DNA from: Utricularia gibba
Taxonomy: Eukaryota > Plantae > Magnoliophyta
Length of the DNA: 64,000 nt
Direction of reading: 5' to 3'
Assembly (NCBI GenBank): GCA_002189035.1
Contig: CM007991.1
Span: forward strand, 3,720,001-3,784,000
Positions 43,712 to 57,145 of this stretch are shown here, in pieces; the first letter of the stretch is position 1; each line of letters opens with the position of its first letter. The notes under the pieces were generated by a model that saw only the letters and a list, made by a program, of their open reading frames with translations, ran no database searches and was not told where the DNA came from. The translations under genes were made by a program, and so were the position numbers.

Positions 43712-46700
43712 ATGGAAATGGTGTGGCAATCCTGTAACTATCATCATCTGCAACTCATTCCTCGCCCCTTGAAGAGTTTGCGCACCTTCAAATGCGCCGT
43801 TTCGGCACCGGCTTCGTGTGGGTCTTTTTAATCTTTATCTGCATTTTGTTGGGATGCCGATGGGGCGCCGTAATTTCCCAGATTTTTGTTCTTTTTTGTC
43901 GATTTCTTGCCGGCGAGGGGCCGTTAGTTTCTTGGTATTTCTGGGGGATATTTTGCAAGTGCCGGTATAAAATCTGTTGCATATGTTCGAATTGCAGTTA
44001 AAGCCAGCAACTTTGTTGCATAATAAGATTCGGGAAGATCGATTTTCTTTAGAGAATCGATCCTAAGTGTGGGTGAATCTCATATAGACTGTAGTTGTGA
44101 CAGCTTATAGAAAGTGAGTGACGCACACACAGATATGACTATTTGTTGAGGCCTGTCGTTTTCTTTTTCTTTCTGTAGCTCAATGTGTGAAAGTTCATGC
44201 TTTGTATGGTTTTCTGGAGTGCTGAATATGAAGTTTGGGTTTCCCTCTGCTATTGAAATGTTGTTTCTTGTGGTCACTAAAATTGAACACAATCTGTTTA
44301 TTGAACCTGACAGCTGCAGTTGAGAACTCAATAAAGTTCAGGGAATCTGCTGCGCAAGGGAATCTAATCCCGCTATACCAGCGCATATTTTGTGATCACT
44401 TAACTCCAGTGCTTGCATATCGGTGTTTGGTGAAAGAAGACGAGAGAGATGCACCCAGCTTCCTCTTCGAGTCAGTGGAACCTGGTCTCAAGGCATCCAA
44501 TGTGGTATACTTCAAAACTTTTTCTACTTCATTTACACAAAAACGTTTGATTTTGACTAGTCTTTGATTTTTAACGTGGGATATCTCGTATCTTCTCAAG
44601 GGTCGATACAGTGTTGTTGGAGCCCAGCCGACAATGGAGATCGTAGCAAAAGAGAACAAGGTTGTCATAGTTGATCACCATGTGGGAAATAGAACTGAGG
44701 AATTTGTTGAGGATCCTATGTCTGTTCCTCGCAGGATTATGGAGAACTGGAAGCCCCAGCTCATTGATGAGCTTCCCGATGCATTTTGTGGTAATGTTCA
44801 CAAAAGGAACTTAATGAAACATGAATCAAGACATTTTTAACATTCCTTCGCCCTCAACTAGTCCATGAGACTCATTTACTCTATACTGAAACAGGAGGTT
44901 GGGTTGGTTACTTTTCATATGATACAGTACGTTACGTTGAAAAGAAAAAACTCCCCTTCTCTAAAGCACCTGTGGATGACAGAAACCTTCCTGACGTTCA
45001 TCTTGGCCTGTATGATGATGTTATTGTGTTTGATCATGTGGAAAAGGTACAGATTTCTTAGTGAATATTCATTAAAATTTGAGTGTTCTTTGTCTACTCC
45101 ACGAAATTCAAGAAAATCTCTATGGAAAAAATTTGTCATAGTACAAGCCTATATTGTATAAGCGTACACCTTGTTCACTTACATTTCCACATTTTTTCTA
45201 TGATCTTACTGTTGAGACCTCCAACATTCATCTGAAGTAATGATTTTTTCGTTTCTCTGTAATTGTATTGGCATGTGACTTCTGTGCCAGAAAGCATGTA
45301 TAATACATTGGGTGAGGTTGGATCAGTTTACTTCAGTTGATGAGGCCTATGATGATGGGATGAAAAGATTAGAAGCTTTAGTATCAAGAGTGCATAATAT
45401 AGTTCCGTAAGCTTCAGTTCAGTTCTTCTAAGGTTAATGGTGTTGCTCACATTGTTCATAATCGACAATTTTTTTGCTCTGGTTATCGACACAGGCCTCG
45501 ACTTGCTGCTGGTTCAATAGACATGCATACTAATCTGTTTGGGCCATCTTTAAGCAACTCGACTATGACAAGTGAAGAATACATGAAGGCGGTAGCAGAA
45601 GCTAAGGAGCATATCCAAGCAGGGGATATTTTCCAGATTGTTCTTAGCCAGCGGTTTGAACGCAGAACTTTTGCAGACCCCTTCGAAGTGTACCGAGCAT
45701 TAAGAATTGTCAACCCAAGTCCATACATGACTTACTTGCAAGTCCGCATCTTCCTCATCATTCATGCAGTCTTGATGTTACTTCAATGTGTTGAACATTT
45801 TAAGCATGAGTTGTTGTTGATCAGGCAAGAGGTTGTATCCTTGTCGCTTCAAGTCCTGAAATTCTCACACGGGTCAAGAAAGTAAGTATGCTACTCGACT
45901 TTTTGAATGTCTGCGTGTATCTCCAGTTGTGTAGTGTGATCTTTGATGCTTTTTCCTATACAGGGTAAGATCACTAATCGCCCTCTTGCTGGAACTGTGC
46001 GGCGAGGCAAGACAATGAAGGAGGATCTCATGTTGGAAAAGCAGCTTTTGCAAGACGAGAAACAATGTGCAGAACACATAATGCTTGTTGACTTGGGAAG
46101 AAATGATGTCGGGAAGGTTCGCTGCTTTTCTTTCTTAGCTTGATCTCATGAATCATTTACAACGAGACGTCTTTGCTTGCATGTTGATCAGGTATCAAAA
46201 TCTGGATCTGTAAAAGTTGAGAAGCTCATGAATATTGAACGCTATTCCCATGTCATGCACATCAGTTCAACGGTATGTTCTTGTGCATACTCATCTCTTT
46301 TTCTGTTCCCATGCCTGCATTTCCTAATCTGCATATTTGAGTAAAGGTGACCGGCGAATTATCATCGGGTTTGACTAGCTGGGATGCTCTGCGTGCTGCA
46401 CTGCCGGTTGGGACAGTCAGTGGAGCCCCGAAGGTTGTCTCCAACATCTCTCTGAACCCCTGAAGCTATCCATGAAACCATCTCTCTGAGCTTGTTATTT
46501 GTTTCTGGGCTGCAGGTTAAGGCGATGGAGCTGATTGATCAGCTTGAAGTTACAAGGCGGGGGCCATACAGCGGCGGTTTCGGAGGCATTTCTTTCTCAG
46601 GCGACATGGACATTGCCTTGGCTCTTAGAACTATCGTTTTCTCGACCAGCATTCTCTATGACACCATGTTTTCTTACAAGGATGGCAAGAAGAGGCGCGA

Positions 46701-46839
46701 CTGGGTGGCTCACCTCCAAGCCGGCGCTGGAATCGTCGCCGACAGCAAGCCGGAAGATGAGCATGCGGAGTGCCAGAACAAGGCGGCAGCTCTCGCGCGC
46801 GCCATTGATCTGGCAGAGTCATCGTTTCTTGGCAAGTAG
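43712..46839 (+). CDS. ASA: Anthranilate synthase alpha subunit, plastid-targeted (start codon uncertain, 43514-43712)
   Basis: [127 protein letters not shown]; TAG 46837-46839. Confidence 0.96.
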
Positions 46840-47171
46840 TTGCAGAAGTTTTCCGGGCAGCATCTTTCTTTGCGGATGATTTTGATATTTTATTTAAATT
46901 AACTTCAAATAAATTATGAATTTTCTTAAGGAATAAAAAGATGATGATTTGTCGGAATACGCATGATACATATATGTCCGGCTGTCTATGGGACACGTGT
47001 AGCCGTTAGGCAACACCGGCCCGCGGTACTCCGGTAGCAGGGAAAGTTCTTTCTGTGGGTCGAGTCAACTCATTTGATTTTATTAGTTTAGCTCATTGGC
47101 TTGATTTTAGTTGATCCGTTTCCTGGAGTGTAACTGCCGCTTGCCGCAGCCGGCGCCGCCCACCTGCGAAA

Positions 47172-49070
47172 ATGGGTTTCTCCCCCTTTCTCGGTGGCGT
47201 GTTGGTTTACCTTGTGTTCTTCGCTTCTTTGTCTCAGTCTACATCTTTTTCCAAGAAGAAGCACGAAATCGAAGGACCCATCAAAACCTTGGTGGTTTTG
47301 GTAATGGAAAATCGCTCTTTCGATCACATGCTGGGCTGGATTAAGAAGCTACGCCCTGAAATCGACGGACTCGATGGTTCCGAATTCAACAGGGTAAACG
47401 CCTCTGACCCTTCCTCCCGCGCCATCCACGTCTCCGACGACGCCTTCTACGTGGAGTCGGATCCGGGGCATTCAATTCAAGCGATTAGGGAGCAGATATT
47501 TGGGTCAAACGATACCTCCGCTAACCCTGCACCGATGAATGGCTTTGTGCAGCAGGCGTATGAAATGGGCGGTGAAAACCTTGCGAAAGAAGTTATGAGT
47601 GGATTTGACACGAAGCTTGTGCCTGTTTACGCTTCTTTAGCTAATGAATTCGCGGTTTTTGACCGCTGGTTTGCTTCCGTGCCGGCGTCAACTCAGCCTA
47701 ATCGATTCTACGTTCACTCTGCTACCTCTCACGGCGCCTCCAGCAACGTGAGAAAGGATCTCATCCATGGTTTCCCTCAAAAAACCATCTTTGACTCGTT
47801 GGAGGAAAATGGATTAAGCTTTGGTATCTATTACCAGAATATTCCTGCTACCCTTTTCTTCAGAAGCCTTAGGAAGCTCAAAAATACGGTGAAGTTTCAT
47901 CCCTACAGTTTAGAGTTTAAGCGTCATGCCAGAATGGGGAAACTACCCAATTATGTGGTGATTGAACAGAGATACTATGATGTTTCACTTTTCCCTGCAA
48001 ATGATGATCACCCTTCTCATGATGTGGCTCTTGGGCAAAAGTTTGTGAAAGAGGTGTACGAGACTTTGAGGTCTAGTCCCCAGTGGAATGAAACAGCTTT
48101 GCTGATCACATATGATGAACATGGAGGATTCTATGATCATGTACCCACACCTATCTCAGGGGTCCCAAATCCAGATGGGATTATCGGCCCTGCTCCGTTT
48201 TATTTCAAGTTTGATCGACTTGGTGTTCGTGTTCCAGCCTTCTTGATATCTCCTTGGGTTGAGAAACGCACCGGTAATGCCATTTTCTTGAATACTGCTC
48301 ATGCTCCTGGTTCATTACCGAATCCTGTTCAACTGAGAAAGGGGTCTGTGCTGTTTTGAAGCAAATTATGAGTAACTTCAAGTGTTTTTTGAGTTGTTCT
48401 TTGGATTTATGGTGATTGTGTTTTTTGAGTTGTTCTTTGGATTTATGGTGATTGTGTTTTTAGGGGTCTGGTTCATCGTCTTCCTTTTGCAGTGATTCAT
48501 GAACCAAATGGCCCCTCTGCAACTTCACAATACGAACACTCCTCCATACCAGCAACTGTGAAGAAACTTTTCAACCTCAAATCAAACTTTCTGACCAAAA
48601 GAGATGCATGGGCGGGAACCTTTGAGAAATACTTGCAGACCCGCAGCACCCCACGAGATGACTGTCCAGGTTAGTTCTCTGCAACTGATTTCAGGTGGGA
48701 GTTGTCCAAGTTTCAAACATATTGCTTCTCACATGTCTCAGTGAAGCTCCCTGAAGTTGTGACGGCACTGAGACCTCATGGCCCAAAGGAAGACGAGAAA
48801 CTGTCTGAGTTCCAAGTGGAGCTGATTCAGCTGGCGTCCCAGTTAAACGGGGACTACATCCTCAACTCCTACCCCAACCTCGGCAAAAACATGAACGTCA
48901 GAGAAGCCTTCCGTTACTCCCAAGATGCAGTGGAGAAGTTCTTGGAGGCAGGTAAAGCGGCATTGAGAGCTGGAGCAAATGAATCCGCCATAGTCACCAT
49001 GATCCCTTCCCTTATCAGCAGAACACCAGAGGAGCAGCATGGAGGCTACAGCTACATCCAGGAGTACTAA
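47172..49070 (+). CDS. NPC1: Non-specific phospholipase C (phosphoesterase family)
   Basis: Signal peptide, then [55 protein letters not shown]. Exons 47172-48273, 48493-48669 and 48742-49070. Confidence 0.95.
48382..48461 (+). repeat. Perfect 36-bp tandem duplication (2.2 copies) in NPC1 intron 1
   Basis: GTGTTTTTTGAGTTGTTCTTTGGATTTATGGTGATT at 48382-48417 and 48418-48453, plus a partial third copy. Confidence 0.95.
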
Positions 49071-50345
49071 ACAACTCTTATACATCCACAGGATTCCTCC
49101 ACAGAAAGCATCTAATATGTGACACTGTAGCTATATGCACTGTTATAATCTCTATACCACCGACTACTGATTCGAGTGGAAGTGTTTACACAGAAAACCA
49201 TCATGTACTTTTAGTGAAATAGAAACAGCAAAGTAAAACCACATGCTCATTTATCCAATGTGCAATAACTTCCTCTTTCAATATCAAACACGCCTCCCAG
49301 CTTGCAGCTGGATCATACCAATGGTTCAACAAGAAATCGTGGAGATTTCCATTAACCCATTTCGAAAGCTTACAATGGGTACATGAATTCACCATTGATG
49401 CATCCATACGAAGCTTCAAGTACGCCCAACTGCAACTTTAACTCCAAGTCCTCTTTTTTATTAGACTGATGGTGCATCCATGCTGTCAATGGGATGGGCA
49501 GTGCATTTCTTCTCCACAGTGGGGATGGTCCTCACGAATCCCATCCTTAACCCACGACTAATGCTCCTCAGATTACGTGCATTGAAGAAGAAAGCTGTTT
49601 CCAACGGATCACTCGTTATGGACAAGCATGCAGACGTGCACGCGTCTGTCTGTGAAACATTGCATATGACACGAAACGACGTCGTTTGTCTAAAGGGGTT
49701 TCCGTTACCCTTCTTGTCGGCCCCGCAGCTTAAAAAATTTAACGCTACACATTTCACCACTTTTCTTGGTAAAAATCATTGGTTTAAAACATGCAATTAA
49801 TCATTTGATTAATATATTTTTTATTTAAAAATATTATTTTATAATATATTTAAAATCAACTGAATCTGATTTAAAGTATTTCAAAATCATGAATAAATGG
49901 GAGTGTGAGTTTAATCCAATTTAATGGTAAAAATACAATAATAAAATTTGCCTTTTAAGAGTTACCCATCACACGAGATAATGTTACTGCGCAGTGACCG
50001 TACATGTGATATTTTTCTACCGTTTATGGTAAAAAAATATTAATGTAAATTGCCTCTTATGCATCTGATACATTGGGATTCCGTGCCATTTAGGGGAGAG
50101 GGGTGATTTTTTTGTTTCTATTTTTAGTAAAGGGTAAAGCGGACATTTACATGCATCCTTTGAAATTCGCGGTCCTCCTCCATTTTCGAGCATGTGGAAG
50201 TAGAATACTAACCAACTGCATGCTCTGTTCGCTCTATTCACGAGTTTCCTGGAATTGGGACTCTTTGCTGTTTCACATTCACATCACCACAACCTCACTC
50301 GGTTCACTAATAATATAGCCGCCGGAAAGTCGATTCAGCACCGCC

Positions 50346-53300
50346 ATGGCTGCGTCCAACGGAAGCGAGTATTTCGAGATCGATATGGAGATGGAAGGCG
50401 AAAGCAATTTCTCTCGTCCGTCGAACGCGGAGTTCGTCGAGCGCGACGAGGAGGAGCTGCGATGGGCCGCGCTGGAGCGGCTACCGTCGCGGCAGCGCAC
50501 TAATTTCGCGCTGTTGCGACGCGCGGATGACGACGATGGGGAAGGAGGAGGGACGACTGACACTGTCGACGTACGAAAACTTGACCGGTTGAGTCGAGAG
50601 CTGCTTGTGAGGAGAGCGCTTGATACCAACGCGCAGGATAATCTGAAGCTCCTTTCTGGAATCAAGGAACGCCTTGATAGGTGAGATTTGATTTACTGGT
50701 TTCATGGATCAATGCATGACTACACTTCGCTAATCCTTGGTTTATAAACGTGAATTTTAGAGTGGGATTGGAGATTCCAAAAATCGAAGTTCGATTTGAG
50801 AACCTTCAAATCACGGCAGATGTGCAGATAGGGTCTAGAGCGCTGCCTACGTTGGTGAATTTCACTCGGGATATGATCGAGGTGAAGATCTTTTTCCAAT
50901 TTGATTTCGTTCACTTTTCCTTAATAACTGCTCCCGTTGCCTCTGCAGCTTATTTTAACCAAACTGAGGATATTTCGTCCTAAGAGACATGAACTTATGA
51001 TCCTGAAAAACGTCAGTGGTTTCATAAAACCAGGAAGGTTAGCACGTGGTGATGGAAAATGATTTTTTTTTTTTTTTTTTTTTTGTGAGTTATAGAAGTG
51101 TGCTTTGGATTAATTTGTGACACTTTATTGTTTCAGGATGACTCTACTCTTAGCACCTCCAGGTTCCGGAAAATCTACATTGCTCAAGGCTCTTTCAGGG
51201 AAACTTGATACTGGATTGGAGGTTAGTATCACTTTGTTTCGGACTGATATTAAATTTCCGTATTGAAAGCTTTCTGCAATTTCTTTTTAATGCTCTGCAA
51301 TTGTTTGCGATTCTCTCCAGAAAAGTGGGAAAATCACATACAACGGTCATAAGCTTGATGACTTTTACGTTCGAAGGGCTGCTGCCTACATAGGACAAAC
51401 AGATAATCACATTGCGGAGTTGACTGTCAGAGAAACACTGGATTTCGCTGCTAGATGTCAAGGTTCAAGTGAGGGGTTTTCAGGTGCGTGTCCTTCATTT
51501 CTTCCCATTTCCGGATCATAGTTTGGAGTTTCATCTTTTGCCGTATCAACCGTCTCATGTTTTTTTTAACTTGTCTTACAGAGTATATGAAGGACCTTAA
51601 CAGGCTTGAGAAGGAAAGAAATTTACGCCCCCGTCCGGAGATAGATGCTTATATGAAGGTGGAAGTTCTTTTTCAACCGGTGAATCATATTTTTCTTGAC
51701 ATTGATTAATTTACCAGATGATCTTACGAAGAAATCTTATTTCAGGCATCATGTGTTGCTGGAAAGAAGCACAGCGTATCCACGGATTATATCCTGAAGG
51801 TTCTGGGACTGGATATATGTGCTGATACAATGGTTGGGAATGACATGCTCAGGGGAGTTTCTGGTGGTCAAAGGAAGAGAGTGACAACAGGTTTTTCGTG
51901 TTTGGTGCAGTTACATGAGCTGTTATTGCAAATCAATGTTCTGTTCCGGTGTTCATTGTAAAATTCTCGAGTTGAATCTGCATGTAGGAGAAATGGTGGT
52001 TGGGCCACGGAAAACACTTTTCATGGATGAAATATCTACTGGGCTTGATAGTTCCACGACATTCCAGATAGTTAACTGCATCAGGAACTTTGTACATGTA
52101 ATGGATGGAACAGTTCTAATGGCTCTTCTCCAACCTGCTCCGGAAACTTTTGATCTCTTTGATGATTTGATATTACTTTCTGATGGATACCTTGTATATC
52201 AAGGTCCTAGAGCTGGAGTTATTGAGTTTTTCGAGTCATTAGGTTTCCGGTTGCCACCACGAAAGAGTGTCGCAGATTTTCTGCAAGAGGTAACATCAAA
52301 GAAGGATCAAGAACAATATTGGGCGGACAAAGCAAAACCTTATGAATTTATTCCTGTTTCAACAATAGCAGAGGAGTTCAAGAATTCAAGATACGGTCGG
52401 GAAATAGAGTCATTCCTATCTGTATCATATGATAGATCTAAAAATCATCCTTCAGCACTGCCTAAGACAAAGTATGCTGCAGCAGCAAGAGAGCTTTTCA
52501 AAGCCTGCTTGTTTAGGGAGATACTTCTTATCAGACGGCATAAGTTTCTATATATCTTTAGAACCTGCCAGGTTTCACAACCTTTTTCAATGATCGATCA
52601 CTTTTTCCATGCTGGTTTCTCTTAAGCTTTCAGACATTGATGTTGTAGTACCTATTACTTTGCAGGTTGCAGTTGTAGGATTTGTCACATGTACCATGTT
52701 TCTTCGAACAAGACTACATCCGACTGATATGAATAATGCTCAGCTGTATCTTTCGTGTTTGTTCTACGGCATGGTGCATATGTTGTTCAATGGATTTTCC
52801 GAGCTACCTCTGATGATATTTCGACTACCTGTCTTTTACAAACAACGTGATAACCTTTTTCATCCCGCATGGGCCTGGTCAATAGCCAGTTTCATTCTTC
52901 GTGTCCCTTACTCTGTTGTTGAATCCGCCGTATGGTCTTGTGTGGTATATTATACAGTAGGCTTTGCTCCTGCTGCTGGAAGGTTCTCCCCTATGCATTC
53001 TTGATTGTTTTCAAGTTGTAATTATGTTAATGCATCTCTTTGATAGCCATCTATAATTTTCAGGTTTTTCCGTTATATGCTCCTACTCTTTTCGATACAC
53101 CAGATGGCATTGGGTCTCTTCAGGACCATGGCTTCTCTTGCCAGAGATATGATTATTGCTAATACTTTCGGCTCAGCTGCGATGTTCATAATATTTTTGC
53201 TAGGTGGATTCATTATTCCAGAAGGTGTGTAAATCCAGGATGTTTCTGATTATCATGATTACATCTCTGCTTGTAACTAAATGATAGTTTCAATTGTCTC

Positions 53301-56300
53301 AGACATGATCAAGCCATGGTGGATTTGGGCTTTCTGGATTTCTCCACTGTCATATGCTCAGCGTGCCATATCTATCAACGAGTTTACAGCGACGAGATGG
53401 GCCAAGGTACCTTTTAATCTAGACTCTTTAGATTTAACTAGAAAACTAGTATTCGATGTTCAATTGTACAATTAATATGTTCCTTTATTTTTTTATGTTT
53501 AAACTTTGATATTGTAACAGCCAATCGGAGGGAATACGACTCTTGGCACCGCTTTTCTTAAGCTCCACAGTTTTTCAAACGATGATAGATGGTACTGGAT
53601 TGGAATTGGTGTTTTGCTTGCATATGCCGTGCTTCTGAATATAGCCGTGACATTGGCACTGACCTTTCTTAACCGTAAGCCTTTATACTTTCACTGCATG
53701 AATTCTAGTAAGATAACATAACCGTATGACATTGGCATCTGCTTTCTTCTGACAGCACTAACCAAAGCACCAACAATTATTCCGACTGATGATGACCAGA
53801 ATAATCCATCTGTCAAAGGTAAGTTGTGGACAAGTGTATATCAATGGTTTTTTGTATCTATGCTACGCCGCGTTCCTCTTTATCTGATCAATGATGTAGC
53901 AGGTCAAGCTATGAAGTTCAGCTCTACCACTATGAACCAACAGAATGCAGGGAAGAATAATAAGGGAATGATTCTACCTTTTCAACCACTGGCGATGACT
54001 TTCCATAATGTCAACTACTTCGTTCCCATGCCCAAGGCAATCATGTTTTCAAGCTTTTTTATGTACTTGTAGCATTTGAAATATATGACTCGTCTTCGGT
54101 CTTCAGGAAATGAGTTCACAAGGTATACCAGAAAAGGAGTTGCAGCTTCTCCACAATGTTAGTGGAGTATTTTCACCAGGTGTTCTGACAGCGCTAATGG
54201 GCTCAAGTGGAGCTGGGAAGACCACATTGATGGATGTTCTTGCTGGTAGGAAGACTAGTGGACGCATAGAAGGAGACATTAGAATTTCTGGCTACCCTAA
54301 GGAGCAGAAATCATTTGCTAGAATCTCAGGATATGTTGAACAAAACGATATACACTCTCCTCAAGTCACTGTTGTAGAGTCTCTATGGTTTTCTTCTTTT
54401 CTCCGGCTTCCGAAGGAAGTAAATGACAGGCAAAGAAAAGTAAGATGTTACATAACGTTTTTTTCATACAAACCTTGGAAAATGATGGGCCATTTTTTTT
54501 GTCTGATCATAAAACTATGACTTCAGGAGTTCGTTGAAGAGGTTATGCAATTAGTGGAACTCGACTCTTTGAGGCATGCTATTGTGGGGATGCCAGGGAC
54601 CTCTGGATTGTCTACTGAGCAAAGAAAAAGGCTAACTATTGCAGTGGAGCTTGTTGCAAACCCGTCAATCATTTTCATGGATGAACCTACATCTGGTCTT
54701 GATGCAAGAGCAGCGGCTATTGTCATGAGAACAGTTAGGAACACAGTCGATACAGGAAGAACTGTGGTTTGCACCATACATCAGCCAAGCATTGAGATAT
54801 TTGAAGCCTTTGATGAGGTACAGTTTTTGAAAGTTGAAAACATCAGACTAAGGCATTTTGACTAATCTGAAAAATTATCGCAGCTTCTGCTAATGAAACG
54901 AGGTGGGAGAGTGATATATGGTGGGAAGCTTGGAGAGAGATCACAAACCATGATTGAGTACTTTAAGGTAAAGCTTTTGCTACACATACCCTCAATATAA
55001 CTTCTCTTTGAGCTGAATTATATGCACTGAAGTTCTGATACTAACACATATTACCCATAATTCTCGTTTTGCGGCCAGGCAATAGCTGGAGTTCATCCAA
55101 TTCCTGATGGTTATAACCCGGCAACTTGGATGCTGGAGGTTAGCACAGCTGCTGTTGAACAGAACATTAATGAAGATTTTGCTGTTCTATACCAGAATTC
55201 ACAACAATTCAGGTAAACTCACAATTGAAAGAAAGACCATTTCCTTAGCAATGTAAAGAAGGTTGGAAGTTCAGTCAATACTACTTTTATCTGCCTTGCA
55301 GGAATGTTGAAGGTTCTATTGAGCGTCTGAGTATTCCACCAGAAAACTCAGAGCCTCTGAGATTCTCCTCCACATATTGCAGAGATGTAATGTCACAATT
55401 CAATATATGCATCTGGAAGCAAAGTATTGTTTATTGGAGAAGTCCAGCGTATAATGCAGTGAGAATCTTCTTCACAACTCTAAGTGCTATCATCATTGGG
55501 ACTGTATTCTGGAATGTGGGTTCCAAAAGGTAAAATTTCCCTCGATGATTATTTGAAAAACACTGTTTAGCTTGACCTTCATTGATAAACCAGGAATTCA
55601 ACTCAAGAGCTATTTGTGGTGATGGGAGCCCTATATTCTTCTGCCTTGTTTCTTGGTGTCAACAACTCTTCTTCCGTACAGCCTGTAGTATCCATTGAGA
55701 GAAGTGTTTTCTATCGCGAAAAAGCTGCTGGAATGTACTCTCCAATTCCTTTCGCATTGGCTCAGGTACATGAACATGATTTAATCCATCCGGCTGCTCT
55801 ATTGCAAATTCAAATCATATTTGCTGCCAACCTGGGATCGAACTAACGAATGAACTCTATCCCACTCCAGGGCCTTGTTGAGATTCCATACGTTGTGGTG
55901 CAAACAATAATTTATGGTATCATCACATACTTCATGATCAACTTCGAAAGAGATGCAGGTACCTGCCTTACTTCCGCAAAAATCATAGCCAGCCGGCTTC
56001 ATCATGTTTTCTCTTTTGGTTGCAGGCAAATTCTTTCTGTATCTGGTATTCATGTTCCTCACCTTCTTATATTTCACCTACTACGGAATGATGGTTGTTG
56101 GACTCACCCCAACCCAGCACTTAGCCGCTGTCGTTTCCTCGGCATGCTACTCGCTGTGGAATCTCCTCTCAGGGTTCCTCGTTCCAAAACCTGTAAGTAA
56201 TCAACTCCAGAGTTTTTTGAGTGTCCCGTCCCGTACGTGAGTCTTTGTGCTGAGGAGCTCTAACAATTCGTGATGCAGAGCATTCCTGGGTGGTGGATAT

Positions 56301-56545
56301 GGTTTTACTACATCAGCCCAATTTCGTGGACTTTGCGAGGCATAATCACCTCACAGTTGGGAGACGTGGAAACAAGAATCGTGGGAGCTCAGTTTGAGGG
56401 CAGTGTAAAAGAGTTCATCAGATTAAACTTCGGGTATGACTCCGGAATGGTTGGTGTTTCCGTGGCCGTGCTTGTCGCATTCAGCCTCGTCTTCTTCGCT
56501 GCCTTCACCGTCTCTGTCAAAGTTCTCAACTTCCAGAGAAGATGA
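50346..56545 (+). CDS. ABCG31: Full-size ABCG / PDR transporter, ABCG31-like
   Basis: [11 protein letters not shown] start. NBD1 [42 protein letters not shown]2 [63 protein letters not shown]-terminal LNFQRR. More than 20 exons traced without frameshift. Confidence 0.95.
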
Positions 56546-57145
56546 AGAGAGTCAGTGGATGACACAAACTCAGCTGCATCACCACGAATAACAACTCACT
56601 GCCTCCCACGGGGGATGATGATGCGTACGGAAGAGATACATGCTGGTGCAATAGAGTCGAAACCACAACATGATGCCTTGGATAAATCATCAATCTGGGT
56701 GGGTGTTCCCTCCCTCGGTGGGATGATGGTCGCCAATCTTTCTTTGAATTTATGCACCTGAAATCTCAACATGATTGCTGCTAGAATAAGTTGTCCTGTT
56801 GAGTAATAGACGATGCGATGCACCTCCCAAGTGTTGTGTGCTGCCCTGCCCCTTCAAGCCTCGTGTTTTGCGGCTGCTGAGCCAGCAAATTGGAGAAGAT
56901 CTCTTTCTTTAAGCTTGGGGTTGTAAGTTGTAATTGGTGCAACATTTATTTACAGGAAAAGGGAAAAAAAAGAAAGAAGAAATTAAGTTGGCACGAAACA
57001 ATACTGCAATGGATGTGTTTTATAGTGATGACATGAGATGACGGGATTTCAACCAGCTCGCACGACAGAAGACTGAGTACTAGGAAGGTGCCGCTAAAAA
57101 AGAAAAAAAAGGAGAGAAACAAACGAGGGAAGGGTATTTATTACA

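Noticed and set aside
56610-56765. C/D box snoRNA (ATGATGA ... CTGA) after ABCG31
   Set aside because: No terminal stem or recognisable rRNA guide; it lies in the expected 3'UTR.
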